From positions 1-23,871 of the forward strand of contig CAXIUT010000087.1 in NCBI GenBank assembly GCA_964035545.1: a DNA stretch of 23,871 nucleotides. The letters are read 5' to 3'. The notes below the pieces were generated by a model, which was given only the letters and a program-made list of their open reading frames with translations, made no database searches and had not been told where the DNA came from. Source of the stretch: Bugula neritina. Lineage: Eukaryota > Animalia > Bryozoa. Position 1 is the first letter of the stretch. Every line of letters begins with the position of its first letter. Positions 12,577-22,072 of this stretch are shown one piece after another. The translations under genes were made by a program, and so were the position numbers.

Positions 12577-12722
12577 TTATTCATTTTTGTTTGTTAAAGT
12601 AATCTAATAAAATAAAAACTATCTGAAATTTTAAATTTTTCATTCTTATTGGCTGACTTAGTGATTTTAAATTTTAAAATAAGTTTATCGATAAAATTAT
12701 ACACTATTATATTATTATAAAT

Positions 12723-14594
12723 ATGATTCACACTAACGGAAGATTGAAGTTAGGACCAAAACGGAAAGATTCAAATTTCCAAAGGATCCATAAATTACAC
12801 CAATAACCTAATTAATCAGAAAACACTGAATCTCAGAAATATAGCTTTATCAACAGAATCAAATACAATGAGTTAAATCAAGATAGTGACAAAAATACAT
12901 CAGTTTTACAACTTACATCAAGAAATAATGTTCTACCTATCAAAGTTCTCTCTCATAATGCAATAGGAGATAAAAAATTAATCCCTACTTAAAATAAAAT
13001 CAATCATGATAATCCTATCTAAAAAGATAATCAAGAACTTGAACAACTATAAAACAAAAATAAAGAGCTACAAGTTAAAATATAACTATTAGAACAGGAA
13101 AATCAACAATTAGTGCAACAAAATAATTATCATAAAGCTTCAGAAAAAGAGTAATCAATAAGATAACTGTAAAATAAGGTATATCTTCTTTCTCAATAAA
13201 ATGAAATCCTTCGAAAAAAAACTAATTCAACTGAAAATAGACAAGTAGGGGATGTTGATAAAGCCTTTTATGAAAAAGAAATAAATAGATTAAAGAAAGA
13301 TTATTAAACAATTCAAATAGAATTGATGTAAAATAAAAGATATAATTTAAATTTTCAAAAAAATAGATAAGAAAACACTCAATAAATAAATGAAAGAAAT
13401 TAAGAAATAAAAAGATTACATCAACAAATAGAAAAAGAAAAAAAAGTTCAAATATAATTAAGATCCCATTTTAATGAAAAATAAAGAACTCTTAAAATGG
13501 CTCTTGAAGAATCTTAAGCATCAAATGAAACTTTATTTAAAAATCTTGATAATTAAATAAACAACTACAAAAATAATAGTCTTCAAGAAAATAAAAAACA
13601 TTTTTTGCAACTAATTTGCAAAAACAGATAGATATCTTAGTAGCCAGATAAAAATAAAATTAGTTAAAATATTCACAATTAAGAAAATATTATGAAGAAT
13701 AACTAAATAAAAAAACTTTACAAATGAGACATGCTGAATAGAATCAAAGGAATAGTTCAAAAGATACAGAGATTATGATTCATCGACTTAGTTCTGAACT
13801 TTAATCTGTAAAAAAATAACAAACTTAACAAATGATTGCTTCAAAACATAGAGAGTCCATAAAAAATTAACATCAGTATGTTGAGATAGATCTAAGAGTT
13901 GTTAGACTTGAAGAGAAATTAAAAGAATCTAAGATAAATTCTGAGAAAAAAGATATGATAATCTAAGAACTAGAAAAAAAAGCTGAAAGATTTTTATAGT
14001 CCTGAACAATATACTACACAATAAAAAAGATGTAAAGAGCTTTAATAAAAAAGACTTAGTTCAGCTAGATACTATGAAGAAAAACTTTTCAAATATCAAA
14101 AAGAAAATGATCAACTCAGAATGTAAAAAATAAATAAAGTTAATATTAGTAACAATAGTGAATCTACAACAACTTTCGATTAAATTGTGAAGAAAACTCT
14201 TAATGAATCTGAATCTTTAAGAACATAACTTAAAAGAATGGATAAATATTGGCTACAACGAAATAATAAGCTGAAGAAATCAGATTAAGATAAAAAAACT
14301 ATCTAAATTAATTATAGATACTAAGGAAAAAAACAGAATCACAAAGTAAAAATTTTAGCATCTAACTATAAGTATAAAAACAGAAGATGAAAAAATTAAA
14401 TTGATAGTCTTCATCGTCGCTTATCTACAGTTTAGACAAGACTTTCTTATAAAATCAATGAAAATAAACAAAAAGATTAATTTATTAAAAGCGTTATTGT
14501 AGGAAGAAGTTAACCTATTGATCGTCAGACTATCACTGCATAATTATAGCGAATATTTCTTTTAAAAGAGAAAAAAGAAGTCTCACAACTATGA
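12723..14594 (+). CDS. Large coiled-coil protein (~620 aa)
   Basis: Long E/K/Q/N-rich heptad-like frames from ATG 12723 to TGA 14592-14594, with several indels in A/T runs. Confidence 0.65.
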
Positions 14595-14671
14595 TTATCT
14601 CTATTATTATTGATTAATAAAATATTGATTAATTCATTATTGGGCATGAGATCAATTATAGACCATATATT

Positions 14672-14736
14672 TTGGGGTTGGGGTTGGGGTTGGGGTTGGG
14701 GTTGGGGTTGGGGTTGGGGTTGGGGTTGGGGTTGGG
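14672..14736 (+). repeat. Internal (TTGGGG)n telomere tract, right end of the first chromosome
   Basis: Ten TTGGGG units plus TTGGG, 77 nt after the stop of the preceding gene. Confidence 0.97.
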
Positions 14737-15904
14737 TAGCTTTACGACGATCTCGAATAGAAAACATACCTGCCTCTGTACAAACAGATCTCAGCTCAGC
14801 TCCAGTAGTATTGGGACATAATCTTCCTAACAACTCATATCTAATTCCTTTCTCAACTGACATAGTCTTAGCATGAATTTTGAAAATATGAACTCTTCCT
14901 TAGAGGTCTGGAAGAGCAAACTCAATTTTCCTATCGATTCTTCCAGGTCTCATGAGAGCAGGATCAAGAGTGTCAGGTCTGTTGGTTGCCATCAGCACTT
15001 TGATGTTTCCTCTTGAATCAAAGCCATCCATTTGGTTAACTATTTCCAACATAGTTCTTTGTACTTAATGATCTCCTCCTGAACCATCATCGAATCTAGC
15101 TCCTCCAATAGCATCGATTTCATCAAAGAAAATGATACAAGCCTTTTTAGTTCTAGCCATTTGGAAGATTTCTCTCACCATTCGAGCTCCTTCTCCCACA
15201 TACTTCTGAACTAGCTCTGAGCCAATGACTCGAATAAAGCAAGCATCTGTTCTGTTAGCAACTGCTCTAGCTGTTAGAGTTTTTCCTGTTCCAGGAGGTC
15301 CATAAAGAAGAACACCTTTAGGTGGGTCAATACCGAGATCAATAAACTTTTAGGGTGTTAGCAGAGGCATTTCTACAACTTATCTGAGTTTTTATAGTTG
15401 TTCTTTGCAACCTCCAACATCATTGTAAGTCACATCTGGTTTATCTTCAACTGTCATCATAGTTACAGTTGCATCGATCTTGGCAGGTAAAGGCATTTGA
15501 ATTTGATACTTCTGGCGATCAACTCCGACTCGCATTCCTTCTTCGACATCAGTTGGAGATAACTTATCACTTAGCTTCACTACAAACTTGGCGATTTGTT
15601 TCAAGTGAATCACATATTTGCTTTCATTGCCATCAGTTATGATCTTGTTGCATCGAGCTACTTGCAGAGGTTGTTCAGCAGCTTTTTTAGAATCCTATGC
15701 AAGATTCCACTGTGCAGGTAAGGAGATTCCAGTATCAAGTTATTTGATGCCTGTGAGTTTGTTTATTTTTTGGATCATTTCTTTGTTCTCTTCTTCTAGT
15801 TTCTTGATAGACTCAGCATAGGGTCCAAGACCATAAGCTTTGAAAAGGTTGATCTCACTTTCATCGAGAGGAATATATTTTTTCTCTTTCTTTTCTTATG
15901 ACAT
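14737..15904 (-). CDS. RPT1: 26S proteasome AAA-ATPase RPT1/PSMC2, 3'-truncated at the telomere junction
   Basis: [56 protein letters not shown], Walker [46 protein letters not shown]. Breaks after IRDRRKA. Confidence 0.95.
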
Positions 15905-16092
15905 TTAAAATATTTTTAAATCAATATAAGTTATGAACTTTTAAATATTTTCAATAAAAGATATTAATAAATAGAAATAGATTGCAATAATAAAAAGTTT
16001 TTAAAAACAGATTAAATAACAATTAGATATAAAATATAAAATGATTAAAAATATAATATTTCTTACAGTTTGTAAGTATAAAATTATATTGA

Positions 16093-17388
16093 ATGGGTTG
16101 TTGCTAACATAGTATTCCAGATAAATCAAGTTAGATTAATTTTCCTTCGCATAATACAAGAAATAGACTAGATAGAGAAATACAGACTTCTGGTTCAATA
16201 CCTAAAGAAAAATATGACTCTCTTGTCAGGAGTTATGAAGAACTTCATAATGCTAATAAAGAACTATCAACTCAATTAAATCAATACAAACAGTCTTTAG
16301 ATAATTAGAGAAAAAATATTCTATACTTGTAGTCAAAGATAAAAGAACTATCTTCAGAGAAACATACTCTTTAATACAGGAACTTAGAAATAACGAAAAA
16401 TCTAGGTTTAAGAAATGAATAGTTGAGAGATTTGAATCTAAATAAAGATAGACTTAACTATGAGCTACAAAATTAAAGAACAAAAAATATGAATCAACCT
16501 CCTCAAGCAGGAATACAGAAAGAGCTTTAATAAAATATATTGAAGATCAATAAATTGAATTTTCAACTCTCATAGACTCAAAGAAAATATTAAAATCTAA
16601 AAATTGATTTAATATAAAAAGAAAGAATAATTCAAGATCTTTAAAGAAAAATAGTTAATGTAAAAAAAGAAATGTAAAGATAAATTTAGGACTTAAACAA
16701 AAAACTAAAACAAGAAAGAAGTAAAATTTAAGATTTAAATGATCAGTTAAGACTAAAAGAAAGAAACAATATTTTACTAAAAGGTTAAATATAACAATTG
16801 AATAGTCAATTAAGTCAGTCTAGTGCTATGAAACCTGTAAATAGTCGCAACAATAATGTAAAGCAATATTTTTCAGGTGAAGTTCTAGAAGGCGATGATG
16901 ACTATATATCATACTTAATTGATATTCTTGAAAAAAGAATCAAAAATAAAATCACAAGAACAAAGCTATTATATAGGTATGATACCTTGAACAAAACCAA
17001 CTTCCATAAATATATTGATAACAAAGAGTACATTGTGGTTGTGATAAAACTTGTTAACGGATATACACTAGCTGCTTATAGTGAAGGACCATTCTATCCA
17101 AAAATGAATTCCAATAAAGATGGACTTATCTTTTCATTAAGTAATAGAAAAGTCTTTGAACCAGCTAGACCTAATACTAGAACTATTGCTTATGATGATT
17201 TCTTCTTGATCTTTGGCAACTCTTAACTGAGATTAAAATCTCAAGAAAATAAAGTTTTCTCTAATTTCGGTATCAACAATTCCTACTATAATAATCGAGG
17301 AGAAAAAGTTGAAGAATTGTTGGGTAGTGGACTAACTCGAGAAGTCTAATTAGAAACCTTTGAAGTATTTCAGCTTAAATTCAATTGA
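16093..17388 (+). CDS. MGCC / coiled-coil / C-terminal TLDc domain protein (431 aa)
   Basis: Intact 1296-nt frame. TLDc-like LLYR...FHKYIDNK..IVVVIKL.NGYTLAAYS...GLIFSL...FLIFGNSELRL...FEVFQL at the C-terminus. Confidence 0.85.
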
Positions 17389-17493
17389 TAGTCAAATATA
17401 ATTCATTCTTTTATTGTTATTCCTTATTTTATTAGTATTACTACTTTAGAAGAATTGATTCTTTCTAATAAATAATTAAGTTAGAAACATTTG

Positions 17494-18255
17494 ATGGGTT
17501 GTGAAAATTCCCAAGTTATGGATATTCCTCAGCAGCAACCTCATGTCCTTGAAGAAAAAAACACTCCACAGTCTGCTAAATCATCTAAAGCTGTAAATTT
17601 TATTTAAAAACCCATTTCATTGTAAAAAGAAGAATCTTCTCCATTGCCTTTAGAAGACAAAGAGAATGCTAAACTTATCAATTAAAGCAATTAAATCAAA
17701 AAATAATCTAAAAAATAACTTTAAAACTCAAAGTAGTCACTTGATGAAATAAAGAAGAAAAATAAATCTGAAAATGAAATCAACTAAACACCAGAAGCAA
17801 ACCTGTAAAGCAATCCTAAATAAAATAAAAGTTCTTAAGAAGAAGATAAACCTATTGAAAAGGTAGAAAACTAAAAATTATCAGTCAAATAATCTCATAA
17901 AAAAGAAGAATAAGATTGTTTATCAAAATAAGTTTAAAAAGTTAATTTATCAAACAAGGAAATAGTTTAAAATACAAAAGTAGAAAAAGAACCATTCTGT
18001 TAGATAAGCTATGACCAGAATATAGTTGTGAAGTAAGTTCCTAAGAAAGAATCTTTTAGTTTATAAAATGTAGAAATCAATAAGTTTAATATTGATTAAT
18101 GGAAAATAAATTAGTCTGCCAAAAAATAAAATGGAGAGTAATAAAGAAAAGAATAAGTCAGCAAATACTTGTAAAATATTTGGAACTATGAAGGAAAAGT
18201 AGTCGATAAAGTGATCACAAGAATGGAATAAAAATAAAATATGAAATTTAATTGA
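17494..18255 (+). CDS. Hypothetical low-complexity E/K-rich protein with MGC N-terminus (253 aa)
   Basis: Intact 762-nt ATG..TGA frame under table 30, MGCENSQVMD... Confidence 0.7.
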
Positions 18256-18404
18256 CCTTGATTCATTTCCACTACTTTGCACTTATAATCATCAAACAAT
18301 TTATGAAGTTCATTCAAATAGTTATCAACTTAATCTTTATACTAAATTAATACTAATTGTCGATTACTAAGATTAGTGCCAATTATCATAATAAAATCAT
18401 CCTT

Positions 18405-19806
18405 TCATAGCTAGGCCCATTCATCTTCGAAGTCAAACGTTGTGTTTTCCATAATAAAGTCAATTACTGTTGTTGCAGAAAGAGTTTTTCCACTGAAGTG
18501 AATGGGATAGTCTTTCATTCTGTTTCTGAAAAACAATAATCTAGGAGTTGGCTTTATCACAAATCCAAGTTTTTCTTAAATTTCATTCATTCCTACATCA
18601 CATCTCAGTAGTAATAAGTTTTTATTGTTTTTAAGTTTCTTTAACAAAAACTAAAAAAGTTTCATCAACTATTTAGAGATTGGATCTGTTTTGTCATAAA
18701 GAAACATGACCACATCTTGAGAAGTACTCATTTTTTATTAGAAGTTATTCCTAGTCAGTTTGTTAGGCTTGTCTGATTTCTCTGTCTTTCGATAAGGTTC
18801 CAAATTATGAGTCTTAGCTTTTTCAATGAAGTCTTTTATTCCTTTTTCAGTATATGGAACTGGAGCTATATAAATGACATTGTATTTTCTATCAACTGAT
18901 ATGATGTTCTCTTCATCATGAATGCCTATCATTCTTAAGGCTTATCTATAATCTTCATGATTTCCCTTTATTAATAAAAAGTTACATTGATTTAAAGGAA
19001 GTTGACTTCTGGAACTTACTTTGCTATTGAACTTAAGAGTTGCTTAGTTTTACGATTATCATGTTTATTTAAATAAACTATACTAAACTTTTCTTAATAA
19101 TCAAACAAGTACTTTTTTCCATCATTTTGAGCCAAGATTATTCTGAAAGGTAATGAAACTTTGCAAATACTTCAGAGATTGTTTTTTATATTTGAGTTAA
19201 GTTATTGAAATCAGTTATTTATCTATCTCCTATGATTACTTTAGTTGTCTATGATTCTATTAATGACCAACCAATAAACCCATCTCGACGAGCGATAGTG
19301 TCCCAAATCCAAAACTCATTTGAATCTTTTTTCCCATAGAAAAGAACAGTTTTAGCTTCTACTCTTTCTTGAATAGAAAAGTTCTTTATTTCTTAGAGCC
19401 ATTAAGGTCTATCACTTGACTTCATATTACTCTTGATAAACTCTAATATTTCTGTCTCTTTTCTTTATTTTCTGTATTATAGAGGAAGGTTAATACCTTT
19501 TCTATAGAAAAGAATTGATGGATACGAATAGACTTCGAGAGAATGAGTAAAGTTTTCATACATTGTGCCATCTATTTTGCTGAATCCAACTTTAAAATCA
19601 ATCAATTTTTTATCTTTCGATAGTTTTTAGAAAATTGGAGTAAACTATTTGCAAAAGGTACAAGATGAAGAGTAAAAATAGACCAATGTATATGGAGTCT
19701 CTTGCAACTTTTGTTAGTAGTTTTTAGGAGTAAGATGAGAAATAGCCTCTTCTGTTACTACTAATAACGATAGAAGAGTCAGAACTAGCTTTATGGTTTT
19801 TAGCAT
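18405..19806 (-). CDS. Protein disulfide-isomerase family protein
   Basis: Signal peptide, thioredoxin domain YFYSSSCTFCKEFTPIFEKL..KIDG..YSYPSILF, a C-terminal Trx-like domain without CxxC, and the ending FEDEWAEL*. One 20-nt intron plus one unresolved frame change near 19145-19165. Confidence 0.85.
18966..18985 (-). other. 20-nt spliceosomal intron in the PDI-family gene
   Basis: Minus strand gtaactttttattaataaag; removal joins FLEIN|GNHEDYREALRMIGI; retention reaches a TGA. Confidence 0.8.
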
Positions 19807-19901
19807 AGAGAACTACAACGTGTGATTATTAACTATCTAACAAATAGATATTTTATATCATCAATATTTGATACTTGATATCATTGATATTCATTCAAAA
19901 A

Positions 19902-19978
19902 GGGGGTTGGGGTTGGGGTTGGGGTTGGGGTTGGGGTTGGGGTTGGGGTTGGGGTTGGGGTTGGGGTTGGGGTTGGGG
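19902..19978 (+). repeat. Second internal (TTGGGG)n telomere tract
   Basis: About 77 nt of G4T2 repeats, same polarity as the other right-end tracts, 95 nt from the PDI start codon. Confidence 0.97.
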
Positions 19979-20052
19979 AAGTAAGTAAAAGAACTAAACA
20001 GTTATACAGTTATTGGAGATGATAAAAGTTGTATAAATTTATTAACTCCTAA

Positions 20053-20606
20053 ATGAGTCAAATGGAAAAAACAATGCAACACTTTAACCAATACGATACT
20101 GAATCTGCTTTAGAATGGCAAGGTCTTCATAGTAATCGCTTTGTTCGACCTAGGTTCATACATCCCAATAAAGATGTCATTAGAAGTGGTATTTTTCTGA
20201 ATACAAAGGTCTTGATATTCCTGATTAAGTAATATACTCTGGAAGAAAGCATTACGAAAAAGATAAAACTCCATAGTATATTTTCAAGCCAAGACTAAGA
20301 CAATACAAAAATCTAGAAAACTGGCATCCTAAAAGGAGTAGCAAAAGAGTTTAGTAAATGCAGTTTTCTCAACCTCATGCTAGATACTAAAGAGGTCACT
20401 CCAAGTAAGTTGCTACTGATCGTTCTGATAAATTCGCAGGAATTAGAACTTTTTATAACTCAAAAATAAGAGATGACAAAAAATAATATTCAGTCTAAGA
20501 TAGAATGCAAAGAAAGACTCGAATTGATCAACTCTAACTCAGACAGAATGCTTTCAAAGGAGAAGGATACCTTATGAGTCAAAATTTGCCTAAACTAAAG
20601 TTTTGA
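20053..20606 (+). CDS. Hypothetical basic protein (177 aa if spliced)
   Basis: MSQMEKTMQHFNQYDTESALEWQG...; with intron 20189-20208 the frame ends at TGA 20604-20606; unspliced it ends at 20577. Confidence 0.65.
20189..20208 (+). other. Probable 20-nt intron
   Basis: gtatttttctgaatacaaag matches the length and consensus of the other introns, but is not forced by a stop codon. Confidence 0.6.
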
Positions 20607-20767
20607 TCTTTGATCTTTACTCATTCTTAAAACAACAGAGTTTTAAAATATAAAATACTTCACAATAGTTTAATGATAAGTTTTTCAGAGATTTAGTTTC
20701 AAAGTTGTTGAATAGATAACTATTTACTCGATTAATAGATAGTTTTTCTATTGAATTATGTTGATGA

Positions 20768-21025
20768 TCACTATTCGCTAGCTGAGATATTGTTAATACA
20801 ATAGTCATAGAGTTACCAACGGTCAATCTTTCCGTCGTTATTGGTGTCAACCTTTTTGAAGAACTCATCAAATCCTTTTTGCACCATCTTTTTGTTAAGG
20901 AACTTGTGGGTAGAAAGTTCTTGACGAACCCAAGCTTTGAGCTCTCTTTTCTACAGAACGTTGCTTCTATCAGAATCATGCTTCAGGAAAATATCCTACA
21001 CAAACTTCTTGCAAAACGAATCCAT
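20768..21025 (-). CDS. Small two-EF-hand Ca2+-binding protein (85 aa)
   Basis: Loops DSDRSNVLEKRE and DTNNDGKIDRW[TAA=E]; intact 258-nt frame. Confidence 0.88.
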
Positions 21026-21119
21026 TTAATTCAATATTATTGCAGGGTATATATCTTATTTATATCACTAAATTTACTGGAATCGAGAATAAAATTGTAT
21101 CTTTATTTAATTGATTAAT

Positions 21120-21905
21120 TCAATCTAAAATTTAGGATTACTTTTAGATTTAGTGAGAAAAAAAAAGAAGATAAAAATCATTTTTATATTTTCTTTTTTG
21201 TTTTATTATTATTTTGAAGCTATAAATCTTGTTTCTAGAGTCTCTATATTTTTTTCTATAACTTTTTTTTCTAAACTTACACCTCGACTAATTTATTATG
21301 AATCTACTTATGTTATCGATGATGCTTTTCTTTTAACTATTCGACATAAACTTAATTTCTAAAAAGTTTCTGATTCTTTTCGTTGATTTACATCCTTAGA
21401 TGCTAAGCTTGTATTTAAAAGCATCGATTGTTTTGATTGACTTGATTTTAAGAAGAAATAGTCTGAATTTACTCTTTATCTGTATTTAACTAAAATAACA
21501 AATCTATATTTTATTTTATTCCAAGAAGACCTGAACATATTTCTTCATACTTATTATTTTCAACCATTTTAACTATAACTATACAGATCTTTTCAAGAAT
21601 GGTTTTTATTTCTTTATTTTCTTTGTAGTATTTGTTGATATATCTTTCAGAATATTTTCCTTGATCAATTTTAACCTTTATTTGCTAATCATATTATTCG
21701 AATAATATCCATTGTTTTTGATTTAATTATTGTAACTAGTTGTGATAATCTTTGAGCATTTAAGTGAAGTCATTTAAATTTTATTGAACTTTTTTAATTT
21801 ATTTATCAACTATCTAATGTTGTTCTCGTTGCTATTTTAAACAGCTATTAATAAGTTCTTCTGATGAACGAGGAAAGCCTTCACAATACGATTACTTTTT
21901 TACAT
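21120..21905 (-). CDS. Hypothetical lysine-rich protein (261 aa)
   Basis: Continuous 786-nt ATG..TGA frame under table 30; no recognised motif. Confidence 0.5.
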
Positions 21906-21970
21906 TTATTTTGTTTTTATTAAAGATTCTTTAAAAATATTAGATATATTAAAACATAAGAACATTAATA

Positions 21971-22018
21971 TATATCAAGAGAATACATCATAGATATATC
22001 AAGAGGATATATCATAGA
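21971..22018. repeat. Two-copy 24-nt tandem repeat in a divergent intergenic region
   Basis: tatatcaagagaatacatcataga / tatatcaagaggatatatcataga (2 mismatches). Confidence 0.8.
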
Positions 22019-22072
22019 TGAATCTAAAATAATATCTAATAATTATAAATCTATCGATTATAATCTTAATCT

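Noticed and set aside
14610-14876. ORF-track proteins with (WG)n and (QP)n repeats
   Set aside because: They are translations of the telomere tract, not repeat proteins.
14672-19978. Segment between two telomeric tracts as a telomere-bearing transposon
   Set aside because: The tracts are direct rather than inverted, there is no target duplication or transposase, and the cargo is housekeeping genes.
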